Positions 10,431 through 23,146 of a stretch of DNA of 51,230 nucleotides are shown here, in pieces (position 1 is the first letter of the stretch; each line of letters starts with the position of its first letter). The notes beneath the pieces were generated by a model. The model did not search any database. It was not told the origin of the DNA and saw only the letters and a program-made list of their open reading frames with translations. This stretch comes from Octopus bimaculoides (Eukaryota), in NCBI RefSeq assembly GCF_001194135.2, contig NC_068987.1:81985682-82036911 (forward strand). The letters are read 5' to 3'. Both the position numbers and the translations under genes were made by a program.

Positions 10431-11608
10431 CAAAACCTATCTTTTTAACTATATAGAGGGATTAAGAAGAAAAAAGACCTTCTCTCAAAGTCTGTAGATT
10501 AATTCCAGGATATGAAATTGGTGATCTTCCTGCAGAAGATCCCACAGCCATTTTTACCTAAACTCATTTGGAGCAGCTTCAAAGAACAGAAGCAACGAAA
10601 ACAAACAAACAAAAAAAAAACAGAAGAGAAAACGAAAGCTGGGGAGATTTAAGGAATAGCGGAATAGTCCTTCGTCAGTTCTTACCTTAATATTCAACAC
10701 ATCAAAGCAAAACTGTTGTCCAATCAGGTCAGGTCATAGAAATCTTTAAAAACTCTTAACATTAGTTTTGCCCTTTTCACCTCTTCTGTATATAATACCC
10801 ACAATCCTGAATACATGTTTTTCTTGTTGATGTGGGTATTTGTGAGTATTTATGCTTTGCTAAACTATTAGTCCGTAAACTATAAGCATAATGCATATCT
10901 TTCTATTAATCTTATAACACCGTGAAGAAGATGATAAATAACACTTATGTTTCATAGTTGAATAGGTGACATTAGGAAGAAGTTCTTCGTTGCAACAAAA
11001 CATGTTCCAGCCTCCAATAAATCACGAGAATGTCTGAATTTCTGTAATCAATAAAAATAGGTAAAATTGACTGTGCAATATTTGATATACTCACCTTTAT
11101 AAGAAGCTGGCTGGCTATGAATGTGTTAAATGTGTACTAACAAATGATTCCTTCATCATTGTTATGCAAGATAACTGCAACGTTTCATAGATAAAAATAA
11201 ATAAACAGATAAATAAAAATTAAAAAAAAACCCCGTTTAATTTAATGACTGGCTGGAGATTTAGTTTGCAAATTATTATTATTATTATTATTATTTTTTT
11301 TTTTTTTAACTAAATGAGCTTAAAAATCTATTTAACATAATGCTGAAAGAAAAAAAGAAATAAAATATAACATTGGCTAGAAATAATTATTATCAAGAAA
11401 AGGGAAAAGAAGAATGGTGAGCAGAAATTACTAATCACAATATAAAAGCTGGACAAATTAAAGAAAATTAGAATATCAGTTGAATTACATAGAAAATAAT
11501 GACAAGAATATTTTCCAATCTATTTTAGAGGATTTAAAACTGTAATTTTTTTTTTTTGTCGTTTCAGCAAACTTTTATTATATAACTCAATCAATAAACT
11601 ACTTTCAG

Positions 11609-12172
11609 ATGATGATGATGATCGTGGTGGTGGTGGTAGTGGTGACGACAATGATGATGATGACAACGACGACAATGATGATGGTGATAGTGATGACGGT
11701 GATAGTGATGATGGTGATGATGATGATGATGATGATGGTGGCGACAATGATGATGATGACGATGATGATGTTGATGATGACAACGACAACAATGCTGATG
11801 ATGATGATCATGGTGGTGGTTGTTAGTGGTGGTGGTAGTGGTGGCGACAATGATAATGATGACGACAACAACAATGATGATGGTGATAGCGATGATGGTG
11901 ATGATGATGATGATGATGGCGACAGTGATGATGATGACGATGATGATGTTGATGATGACAACGACAACAATGATGATGATGATCATAGTGGTGGTAGTGG
12001 TGACGACAATGATGATGATGACGACAACAACAATGATGATGGTGATAGCGGTGATAGTGATGATGATGATGACGGCGACAACGACAATGATGATGAGGTT
12101 GACGACAACGATGACGATGTTGATGAAGACAATGACGCGGACAACGATGATGATGATTATGATGATGATGCT
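11609..12172. repeat. (GAT/GAC/GGT)n tract with higher-order ~170-190-bp periodicity
   Basis: The block gtggtagtggtg(a/g)cgacaatgat...acaatgatgatggtgatag recurs three times. Confidence 0.9.
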
Positions 12173-12767
12173 GGTGCTGATTTCAAGAATTAGTTGTTGG
12201 ACAACTTTATCTTTTAACAAAGCAAAATTTGAATTTGGTGGGAGAAGGTAGGTTGGCCAGTATATCTATCCACTGCTAGATCTGTTGATATTTTTGAGTC
12301 CCCCCACCCACACACACACCGTCCCAAGCCAAAACTTGGAACAAAAAGAATGTGAGAACCATACAGCTGCAGTCACTAAAATCAAAGAACCAGCATTGTT
12401 GACTAAATATCATTGCCAAAAATATAACTCACAGGATTGGCATGAGGCCACAAAGGCTTCCAGATGTATTCAGTCAATTAAATCAACCTTATCATTTGAT
12501 TTGGTATTTATTTATTGGCCTTTAACAAATAAAACAAATAAATAAATAAACTGACCCTGAAGGGATTTGAACTCAGAATGGAAAGGAACATAATTGATTC
12601 CCCAACCAATCACTTTATCTCATGGTCTATTGATTCTGTTATTGTATTACCTTAATGTTTATTTATGAATATGGCCATCCCATTGAGCAGAAATAATTGG
12701 ATGAACATGTTTTGCCTAATTAGCTTAATATAAAGTCTAACCCATGCTAGCATGGAACATGGGCATT

Positions 12768-13093
12768 GAATGATGATGATGATGATGATGATGATGCTGA
12801 TGATGACAATGATGACGACAACGATGATGCTGCTGTTGATGACAATAATGATGACAATGATGATGGTGATGAAGATGTTGACGACGGCGGCGGCAGCGGT
12901 GATGACGATGGTAGTGATGATGTTGATGCTGCTGCTGCTGATGGTGGTGATGATAATGATGATGATGATGATGACGACGATAAAGACTTCTATTTCTCTT
13001 GGGGATCAATGTTCTTGATTTCATAGAAATAGCCAGCATCAAAAATTTCTGTTGCAACTTGAATAAACAAACACACACATACACACATAAATA

Positions 13094-13150
<57 letters not shown>

Positions 13151-13170
13151 ACACACAAATACACACACAA
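12768..13170. repeat. (GAT)n tract followed by (CA)n
   Basis: Direct reading. Confidence 0.95.
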
Positions 13171-13955
13171 CTGTTGAACTAACAGAAATACCATTTGAGA
13201 AGGAAACAGGTGCTATTTTTCTTTTTTTTTTTGAGGGGTAAAACTGAATGAAATCAATAAGCAGACATCCATGAATAAGAAGTTTCCCTGATTAAACAGT
13301 GTAAGATAACACAGAATCATCTAGAGATAAAACTGAGCAAAGAAAACAGCAAAATAAACCACTGGAAAATTCTTGGTTTTGATTAAATACCAAACTTTGA
13401 GCTTAACTACTCACATTCTTTAATAAACCCTTTAAAATTATCGTTAAAAATCCAAAAATAGAATCACATTTTGACACCAATTGTAGAGCTAAACCAAAAA
13501 TCCTAAGAATCACAAATTATATTTAGGTGTCTATCAACTATGTATAAAACTTTTACATCAATAATCATAGGAGATTAAATGAACGTCTACGAGAGAATAA
13601 CATCATTTGCCAATGAACAATGGAAAAGCATGGAGAAAAAAAAATAACAGAACCAATATAACAAAAATGAATTTACAACAAGGTAGAATTCTAGTCTTGA
13701 TAAACAAAACCACATCTAATGATCGTAGAAAAAAAAGAAAAGAAAATGTAAGCATGACATCAATTAAGAACACCCACCCCCAATGAGACACACACTCACA
13801 CACAACACATTCAAATGTTTCTTCTGCTTATAGTTTCTGCAAACACTAGTCATAATTAATAAGGCAAAACATATAAAACTGGATACGTTATTCTTACCAT
13901 ATCACAAGGGAAGACAATTCATCTACAAGAAAAAAAAAGAAAATAATAATAATAC

Positions 13956-14288
13956 TGCCCAGTCCTGGCTAAGAAGGAATATATCCACAGACACGACAGA
14001 TCTGGGACCTATATACACTGGAAGCTATGCCAACATTATGGAATAACAACAGAAAAAAGATGGTATAAACACACGCCAGAAAAGGTCACAGAAAACGAGA
14101 AAGCAACCATACTCTGGGATATGCCAATACACACAGATAGAGAAATTAAGGCAAATAGACCAGATATAGTTGTCAAAGATCATGAAGAAAAAAAATGCTT
14201 TCTAATTGATGTATCAATACCAGCAGATGACAACGTTTCTCTAAAAGAAATGGAAAAACTTTCAAAATACAAAGACCTGGAAATAGAG
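13956..14288 (+). mobile_element. R4/Dong-like non-LTR retrotransposon, C-terminal restriction-like endonuclease region, 5'-truncated
   Basis: Open frame CPVLAKKEYIHRHD..IHWKLCQHYG..WYKHTPEKVTENEKATILWDMPIHTDREIKANRPDIVVKD..CFLIDVSIP..KEMEKLSKYKDL (PD..D..K RLE motif); starts directly after (AAT)n; runs into a gap. Confidence 0.9.
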
Positions 14289-14997
14289 NNNNNNNNNNNN
14301 NNNNNNNNNNNNNNNNNNNNNNNNNNNNNNNNNNNNNNNNNNNNNNNNNNNNNNNNNNNNNNNNNNNNNNNNNNNNNNNNNNNNNNNNNNNNNNNNNNNN
14401 NNNNNNNNNNNNNNNNNNNNNNNNNNNNNNNNNNNNNNNNNNNNNNNNNNNNNNNNNNNNNNNNNNNNNNNNNNNNNNNNNNNNNNNNNNNNNNNNNNNN
14501 NNNNNNNNNNNNNNNNNNNNNNNNNNNNNNNNNNNNNNNNNNNNNNNNNNNNNNNNNNNNNNNNNNNNNNNNNNNNNNNNNNNNNNNNNNNNNNNNNNNN
14601 NNNNNNNNNNNNNNNNNNNNNNNNNNNNNNNNNNNNNNNNNNNNNNNNNNNNNNNNNNNNNNNNNNNNNNNNNNNNNNNNNNNNNNNNNNNNNNNNNNNN
14701 NNNNNNNNNNNNNNNNNNNNNNNNNNNNNNNNNNNNNNNNNNNNNNNNNNNNNNNNNNNNNNNNNNNNNNNNNNNNNNNNNNNNNNNNNNNNNNNNNNNN
14801 NNNNNNNNNNNNNNNNNNNNNNNNNNNNNNNNNNNNNNNNNNNNNNNNNNNNNNNNNNNNNNNNNNNNNNNNNNNNNNNNNNNNNNNNNNNNNNNNNNNN
14901 NNNNNNNNNNNNNNNNNNNNNNNNNNNNNNNNNNNNNNNNNNNNNNNNNNNNNNNNNNNNNNNNNNNNNNNNNNNNNNNNNNNNNNNNNNNNNNNNN

Positions 14998-15349
14998 CAT
15001 GTGTTGAAAGGAATTCTTTGGAGTTTGAATAATTCACCTTTGGAAACATGGGTGTTTTGCTCAACATCCTTAAACAAACCTTATTCAGGAACCTTTTGAG
15101 CAGGATGGACTACTCGACCTGAAGAAAATTCTATCTGGGCCCCACCTGCGAGGTCATGCGCTGTTTATCTTGATATGAGATCACCATGTCACGCACATAT
15201 GGTTGTGATGCATGTGCCTGGTGTACCCTTATCAGACTGGTAGTCATGATGGGTATAATGGGCTTTGTATATTTTACCCCAGTGTTACTTTGATGGCATG
15301 CACTGCTCTCTCATTCAATAATAATAATAATAATGATAATAATAATAAT
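14998..15349 (+). mobile_element. Repeat 3' end terminating in (AAT)n; possibly the 3' UTR of the R4-like element
   Basis: Non-microsatellite CpG-containing sequence ending caataataataa; the gap prevents linking it to 13956-14288. Confidence 0.4.
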
Positions 15350-15545
15350 TGTTGGCACAAAGCCAATAATTTTTAGGGAAGGAGGCAAGTTGATTACATT
15401 GATCTCAGTCCTTGACTGCTAATTTATTTTAGTGACCCCGAAAGGGTGAAAAGCAAAGTTGATCATGATGGTAATTGAACTCAGAACATACAAAGCTAAA
15501 GGAAACGCCACTGAGCATTCTATCCCAATGATTCTGGCAGCCCTT
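15350..15545 (-). mobile_element. SINE-B, degenerate
   Basis: Family match. Confidence 0.7.
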
Positions 15546-16149
15546 TGCTTTATTTTGCCCAGGCATGGGGTGAGGTGAAGATGGCTATGGCGGTAGCAGC
15601 AAGGGTACTCATATGTAGACAGATGAGGCGACAGAAGTGGCACTACTTTGAGAACTTGCTGGTTATACATGGTCTTGAAACATGTATCCAAATCAACAAG
15701 TACAAAATGTAAGAGTACGAGGATCACTCTTCCATCACAGCTTTGTCCAGTTGACAAGACCCAACAATAATAAAAATAATAACGAAGATGATATACAAGC
15801 AATAAATATTAACAAGAAAAACAAAATATATTCTTAGAAGACTCTCCACTTATTCTGTTTAGAATTAATAGTTTGTAGGCTAAAGTTGTTATGGCAATCA
15901 TTTAATATGGTTGAATTAAAGCTTTCTGCAAAAGAGTGATAATCTTCAGGATGACATATTGCAAATAAAAAGTAGGGAACTAAATTAGGATGCTGAACAA
16001 TAATAATGAAAAAGAAAGGAAAAAAAACCTGAAGAAGGAAGGAAGTTTGTATATCAACATATGGTTAAATGTAGAACATACAGTAGAATGAAGTTTAGAA
16101 TTGTAGTTGTTTGTTGAACGACTTGGTTTTTAGAACCAAGTGCTGAAAG

Positions 16150-16800
16150 CAGAATGTGGCTGTGTGGTTAAGAAGGTTGCTATGTGACTACATGATTTCA
16201 GGTTCAGTCCCACTGTGCGGCACCTTGGGTAAGTGCCTTCTAGTATAGTGCCGGTTCAACCGATGCCTTGTGAGTGAATTTGGTTGATGGGGGCTAACTG
16301 GCAGAAACGTTAGCATACTGGGTGAAAGGCTTAGCAGCATTTTGTCTGCCGTTACGTTCTGAGTTCAATTCCACTGAGGTCGACTTTGCTTTTCATCCTT
16401 TCGGGGTCGGTAAATAAAGTACCAGTTACGCACTGGGGTCAATGTAAAGTACCAGTTACGTACTGAGGTCGACTTAATCCCTTTGTCTGTCCTTGTTTGT
16501 CCCCTCTATACTTAGCCTCTTGTGGGCAATAATGAAATAGGAAACTGAAAGGATACCATCGTGTATGTGTGTGTTTCTATTTGGGTTTGTATTTGTCCCC
16601 CTCTTCTATCACCTGACAACCAGTGTTGGTTTGTTCACATCCCCATAGCATAGTGGTTCGGCAAGAGTGACCAATAGAAAAAGCACCAGATTTTTAAAAA
16701 TATGAACAGGGGTTTATTTATTCAACTAAATTCTTCAATGCAGTGCCCCAGCATGGCCGCAAAAAAAAAAAAAAAAGACTGAAACAGCTAAATCATAAAA
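16150..16800 (+). mobile_element. SINE-A with nested SINE-B (~16291-16538)
   Basis: SINE-A consensus breaks at gatttggttgatgg and resumes at gaaactgaaagg. Confidence 0.8.
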
Positions 16801-17268
16801 TGCATCATGGAAGAGACTCACTTTATTCATTTAAGAACACACACACACACACACACACAAACTGTTACATTTACTGTTTTGTCTATTTCTTAATATTACT
16901 ATCGACTCTGAAGTGTCAAAAATGTTCTGTCTAACACTTCTGTGATGGGAAAATTTGACACTTTTAGTATAAAGATATAGACACATTTACTACTGTTTTG
17001 CACAGGGAAAAAAAAACAAAAAACAAAAAAACACTGTGAACAAATGGCTAGGCCTTCATATTGTAACTGAAATAGTAATAAGCTGTGTGTTTAATGTAAT
17101 AAACTGGCAGATGAGCAAATTAAAGAGATTATGAAGAGAAAATAAGTAAAACAATTAATGACAACATTTAGAATGAAACATGTGAGTAAAAGCAGATATT
17201 GAAAGGTTATACATACATACATATATATATATATATGCATATATATTTATATATATGTGTGTGTGTCA

Positions 17269-17311
<43 letters not shown>

Positions 17312-17345
17312 TATATATTTATATGCATATGCGTTTGTGTGTTTG

Positions 17346-17425
<80 letters not shown>

Positions 17426-17669
17426 ATACTATGTGCAGAAAATGGAAGAGTCTTCAAAAACTTACAAAGATGCTAGAAGATAACCACAAAAGTTTATACG
17501 AACACATAGCAGGCATGGCTGTGTGGTTAAGATACTTGCTTTGCAACTACATAGCTTGGGGTTCAGTCCCACTATGCAGCAACTTGAGTGTTTTCTACTT
17601 TAGTCTCAGGCTGACCATTGCCATGAGAAACTAAACCTGTTACATATATATATATATGTCCCACCCATG

Positions 17670-18030
17670 CTAGCATGGAAGGTAGACATTAAACGATGAT
17701 GATGATATATATATATCATCATCATCATCATCGTTTAACATCTGTTTTCCATGCCAGTGTCGCATAACTGGTTCCCATGCTGGTGGCACATAAAAAGCAC
17801 CATTCAAGCGTGGTTGATGCCAGTACCACCTGACTGGCCCTCATGCCGGTGACATGTAAAAAGCACCCACTACACTCTTGGAGTGGTTGGTGTTGGGTAG
17901 GACATCCAGCTGTAGAAACCTTGCCAGATCAGATTGGAGCCTCGTGCAGTCATCTGGCTTGCTAGTCCTCAGTCAAACCATCTAACCCATGCCATCATGG
18001 AAAGTGGATGTTAAACGACAATGATGCTGA
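17670..18030. mobile_element. Cluster of RTE 3'-end copies, including a tail-to-tail pair
   Basis: ttaaacgatgatg..(AT)n..catcatcgtttaac, then a plus-strand 3' UTR copy. Confidence 0.75.
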
Positions 18031-18161
18031 TGATATGTATATATATTAAAATTGGAGAAAGCCAGTTTATGGGATTACCTTAGGCCTTCTCCATTTTTAA
18101 TATACACTGCTCTACATTTTAGAGTGTGCTTCTTCTTTCATATTTACGTTTTTTATAAATG

Positions 18162-18201
<40 letters not shown>

Positions 18202-19035
18202 NNNNNNNNNNNNNNNNNNNNNNNNNNNNNNNNNNNNNNNNNNNNNNNNNNNNNNNNNNNNNNNNNNNNNNNNNNNNNNNNNNNNNNNNNNNNNNNNNNN
18301 NNNNNNNNNNNNNNNNNNNNNNNNNNNNNNNNNNNNNNNNNNNNNNNNNNNNNNNNNNNNNNNNNNNNNNNNNNNNNNNNNNNNNNNNNNNNNNNNNNNN
18401 NNNNNNNNNNNNNNNNNNNNNNNNNNNNNNNNNNNNNNNNNNNNNNNNNNNNNNNNNNNNNNNNNNNNNNNNNNNNNNNNNNNNNNNNNNNNNNNNNNNN
18501 NNNNNNNNNNNNNNNNNNNNNNNNNNNNNNNNNNNNNNNNNNNNNNNNNNNNNNNNNNNNNNNNNNNNNNNNNNNNNNNNNNNNNNNNNNNNNNNNNNNN
18601 NNNNNNNNNNNNNNNNNNNNNNNNNNNNNNNNNNNNNNNNNNNNNNNNNNNNNNNNNNNNNNNNNNNNNNNNNNNNNNNNNNNNNNNNNNNNNNNNNNNN
18701 NNNNNNNNNNNNNNNNNNNNNNNNNNNNNNNNNNNNNNNNNNNNNNNNNNNNNNNNNNNNNNNNNNNNNNNNNNNNNNNNNNNNNNNNNNNNNNNNNNNN
18801 NNNNNNNNNNNNNNNNNNNNNNNNNNNNNNNNNNNNNNNNNNNNNNNNNNNNNNNNNNNNNNNNNNNNNNNNNNNNNNNNNNNNNNNNNNNNNNNNNNNN
18901 NNNNNNNNNNNNNNNNNNNNNNNNNNNNNNNNNNNNNNNNNNNNNNNNNNNNNNNNNNNNNNNNNNNNNNNNNNNNNNNNNNNNNNNNNNNNNNNNNNNN
19001 NNNNNNNNNNNNNGAATATATTCTGGTAATATATT

Positions 19036-19345
19036 TAAATTCAATAATAGGACGAATTCTTTTACAAGAATTTATCAAGTAGCTAGCGTGAAAAAAACTT
19101 CATAAGGGAAAAAATCCATCATTTATTCCCGAAATATATATTTATATTTATATAAAATGTGTTTTTTATAGTAGTCTGACCTTAGAGTCCCTCATGGTGT
19201 GAGGCGTTATTATATAGTAATGCCCTTATAGAAATATAAATATATATTTCGGGAATAAATGATGGATTTTTTCCCTTATGAGTTTTTTTTCACGCTAGCT
19301 ACTTGATAAATTCTTGTAAAAGAATTCGTCCTATTATTGAATTTA
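19036..19345. mobile_element. Young MITE-like fold-back element, 114-bp TIRs, in TA-rich context
   Basis: Arms 19036-19149 and 19232-19345 differ only around one A-run; 82-bp spacer. Confidence 0.9.
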
Positions 19346-19384
19346 TATATATATATATATATAGGTATGGTACTTCAATATTAA

Positions 19385-19975
19385 CAGCTGTATCTTTAGT
19401 CTGGAACCCTTATCTTGTCCAGAATGTCAATCTACTGGAAGCTGTCTAGAGACATGCAATCAGAAGACTACCTTTTGTTAGTCACTTGCCATGTCTTAAA
19501 TGTTTTGCTTCCCTTGGCACCGGTACACTAAAGTATCGATGTCTAACAGCTGACAAGCCCACAAGATTATCCACCATCTTTCCAACAACTTTGGTCACAT
19601 TTTTGAATTCCTTTATTGCTAGCATTTGTGGACATGTTTATACAGCACCCAAGACTTTTGGAAATATCTTTTCACACTCGCAATTGTCAAATAAATTACC
19701 TTGGCAGTTGTTAGCTGTCAGGACACCACATCCTTCAAAAATTATATAATTCCTGAAATTTGCCAACACTGTTCCTGACATGCAAATGCACGCTTCCTTC
19801 TTTATGGTTCTTTTATTGTTCATTTTCCTGTCTTTCCTTCGATGTATTGTGCAAGCATCTGTGACATTAATTGCAGTCTTTTTTTTACTTGACATATTGC
19901 TGCTTTTTTATCCCTTCTTTTACCCTTTCCAATGAATTGTAGAACACCTGAACACTGTATACAATTAGCTCGTTA
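19385..19975 (+). mobile_element. CR1/L2-group LINE 3' end, degenerate
   Basis: VWNPYLVQNVNLLEAV*RHAIRRLP, TLKYRCLTAD, HKIIHHL, NKLP..VVSCQDTTSFK with frameshifts, then 3' UTR. Confidence 0.65.
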
Positions 19976-19989
19976 TTATTAAAATTGAT

Positions 19990-20378
19990 GTAAGGCTGCG
20001 AGCTGGCAGAATCGTTAGCACGCTGGATGAAATACTTAGTGATATTTCATCCATCACTACGTTCTGAGTTCAAATTCTGCCAAGGTCAACTTTGCATTTC
20101 ATCCTTTTGGGGGTCGATAAATTAAGTACCAGTTGAACACTGGGGTAATCGACTTATTCCCTCTGCCAAAATTGCTGCCCTTGTGGCAAAATTTGAAACC
20201 ATTATTAAAACTAATGTCAGTAGAATTTGAATGCATTCATAGTTGAAATCCTGCTGAGGTCGGCTTTGTCTCTCATCCCTTTAGGGTCAATATAATAAAG
20301 TAAAATGTCAATTACTAGGGTTGATGTAATTGACTAAGCCCTCCCCCAAAAACATTGCTGGCCTTGTGCCAAAATGGT
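19990..20378 (+). mobile_element. Two SINE-B copies
   Basis: Family match. Confidence 0.8.
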
Positions 20379-20627
20379 GATACATTTCCCTCTTCAGTCT
20401 CTAACTCCTTGCAAACTTTGTAGAAGGAAGATCTGGCAGTTTTTAAAACTTGAGGTTTTTCTAAATCACTATGCTCAGCCTTTATAACCACAATAACAGC
20501 ATGTCTCTTCATTTCTTGAGTAAGCTAAGGGTCTGCCGTTATTATTTTCTGAAACAAACATTTTACAGAGTTAGCAAAAAATGCAGCAATAACCCAAAAA
20601 GGTATCTCCTCAAATATCTTACACACA

Positions 20628-20668
<41 letters not shown>

Positions 20669-20674
20669 TATAGG

Positions 20675-20810
20675 TGCTAGGAAGGGCATCCAGCCATAGA
20701 AACTGTGCCAGATCAGATTGAAGTCTGGTGTGGCCTTCTGGCTTGCTAGCCCTGGTCAAACCATCCAACCCATGCCAGTATAGACAATGGATGTTAAATG
20801 ATGATGATGT
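20675..20810 (+). mobile_element. RTE LINE 3' end
   Basis: ggaagggcatccagc...gttaaatgatgatg. Confidence 0.8.
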
Positions 20811-20829
20811 TGATATACATATATATATG

Positions 20830-21517
20830 CAGTTGAGAATCCCTTATCCAAAACTTCTGGGACCAAAAGTGTTGTGGATTTTTACATTTGTGTCTATAAA
20901 ATTGGACAGCTTGAGGATGGAACCTAAGTCTAAACACTATATCCATTTATATTTCATAATATAACTTATACATATATATACCCTGAATGTAATTTAAAAA
21001 TTTTTTTTATCATAATTATTTTTATATATAATACCATTGCTACAGTAAGGTATCTGTTTCCACCTGTGATGTCATGTTTTGATTAAAAAGTAACAGTATA
21101 CATACACTGTATTTTATTTTTGACAATACAGGTATTAGGTTTAATGTAAGGTATAAAAACCAAGCAATGATTACAGGAAAATAAAATTTTAAAAAAGTCT
21201 GAAAAATGTTTGCTTTGTATCTTTTAAATAATGTACAAGAAATGATGCAAGTTATGTTGCATTCATACTTGGAGGTGAAATTGAGATCTCAGGAAAAATA
21301 ACATTTTGTGCTTATTGAGCAAAGCAAACCATGATGATCAAAGCAAAACAAAACATGATGATCACTGATTACAAACACAACAGCTGTGCTCGGTGCAACC
21401 TTCCCAGCACTTTGGGGAAATTTTTCCATTTATGGTGTGCTATGTCAGCACTCAAAAATATTTTCAGATTTTGGAGGGTTTTGGATTTTGGAATTTTGGA
21501 TAAAAGATTTTCAATTG
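20830..21517. mobile_element. Tigger/pogo-like non-autonomous DNA transposon
   Basis: TIR cagttgagaatcccttatccaaaa versus ttttggataaaagattttcaattg, TA on the right; ends resemble Tigger4/Zombi as recalled, not searched. Confidence 0.75.
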
Positions 21518-21904
21518 TATTAATACAGTGTTTGTTTTACCGATTTCACAGTCCTTAGACTATTCATTTATATGTTTATGTGAAAGAACGTGGGTTAGAG
21601 TTGAACTCACAAGGAAGATGTTGTAAATTTGATTTCTGGACTGTGGTACATTGTGTTTTTGAGCAAGGTACTTCATTTTTGTGTTGTTCTGTTCTACTAA
21701 GCTAAAATGAGTATCTGCGAAATGTGGATGCTCTCTCTTCCCAGTTTTTACATCCTGGATGTTCCCCTGGATGAAAGGTAAGGATTAAAACACTGAGAAA
21801 GCATCTATGTCCATTTGCAACTACTTAGGCTCCTAAAACAATAATGGAATACCTGGTACATATGGCCAAACCATCCTCAGTTACAGGTGACTGCTAAAGT
21901 ATAA

Positions 21905-22322
21905 TATTGATTTCAAATTTTGGCACAAGGCCAGCAATCTTAGGGCAGCAGGTAAGTCAATTATATTGACCCCTGTGTTTGGTACTTATTTTATAGACTC
22001 TGAAAGGCTGAAAGGCAAAGCTGACCTTAGCAGGATTTGAACTCAGATTGTAAAGAGGGATGAGATGTTGCTAAGCGTTTAGTCCACCATGCTAACAATT
22101 CTGTCAGCTTGCTGCCTTGGCATGCTCAGAATACTGGTTTCAAATTTTGGCACAGGACCAGAATTTCAGGGGAGGGGGTAAGTTGATTTACATCGATCCC
22201 AGTGCTCAAATGGTGTTCATTTTATTGACTCCAAAAGGATGAAAGACAAAGTCAACCGTGACAGAATTTGACCTCAGGCTGTGAAAATTCCATGAATTGT
22301 TTTGCCTGGCATGCTAACGATG
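21905..22322 (-). mobile_element. Two tandem SINE-B copies
   Basis: Family match. Confidence 0.8.
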
Positions 22323-22529
22323 ATTTTGTCATAATTTAATAGTGAGCCCTTTAAACACACACACTCATATACACATACACACTGGACTTCACAGTTTCCA
22401 TCTACCAAATTTACTCACAAGGTACCATGCAGTAGGACGAAAGCCCCAAACTGCATTGTTGCAACACAAGCTTTTTAACCACACAGCCATTCCTGCTCTT
22501 ATAGGATTCAAAGAAAAAAGATTTTGTCT

Positions 22530-22726
22530 CTTTTACATTCATTGGTCTGTGGCCATGCTGGGACACCGCCTTAAAAGATTTAGTCAAAGAAATTGATCCT
22601 ACTACAGGCTTTTGAAAAGTCTGGTTCTTGTTTATTTTGTCTCCTTTGCTGAACTACTAAGTTCTGAGGATATAAACAAACCAATACAGTCGTCAAGTGG
22701 TGGTAGGAGACAAACACAAACACAAT

Positions 22727-22765
<39 letters not shown>

Positions 22766-23146
22766 GACACACAGAAACACATACACACACACACACACAA
22801 TGACACATAATAACACAAACACACACAATGACACACAGTAACACAGACAGGCACACACACATACACACAATGACAGACAAATAGACACACACAAACACAA
22901 TGATACACACACACAATAATAGACAGACTGACAAACAGACACGCAACACACACACACACAATAACATAAACAGACAGACAGACATACACACACACCCACA
23001 CACACTTGTGCACACACATACACACTGGACTTCTTCATAGTTTCCATCTACCAAATTCACTCGCAAGGTGCCATCCAGTAGGACTGAACCCCAAAACCAC
23101 ATGGTTGCAATGCAATTTTCTTAACCACACAGCCATTCCTGCACCT
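22530..23146 (-). mobile_element. SINE-A with greatly expanded CA-rich centre
   Basis: Family match on both sides of 22705-23030. Confidence 0.8.

Noticed and set aside
10655-10690. CTGACGA-AGGA..TCC (minus), and similar CTAATGA at ~41711 and CTGATGA-GGC/GCC at ~2724
   Set aside because: GAAA is missing; at most relics and not supportable as ribozymes
10686-11176. Minus-strand splice-like signals (donors at ~10685 and ~11094, 52-nt intron-like gap)
   Set aside because: Candidate exons have stops in all frames or give short unrecognisable peptides; a non-coding exon cannot be excluded without RNA data
15419-15802. 127-aa minus-strand ORF
   Set aside because: Runs from an AAT tract into a SINE-B; no recognisable motif
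15912-15957. CTGAAGA...GAAAGCTT on the minus strand
   Set aside because: Palindrome present but helices I and II do not pair
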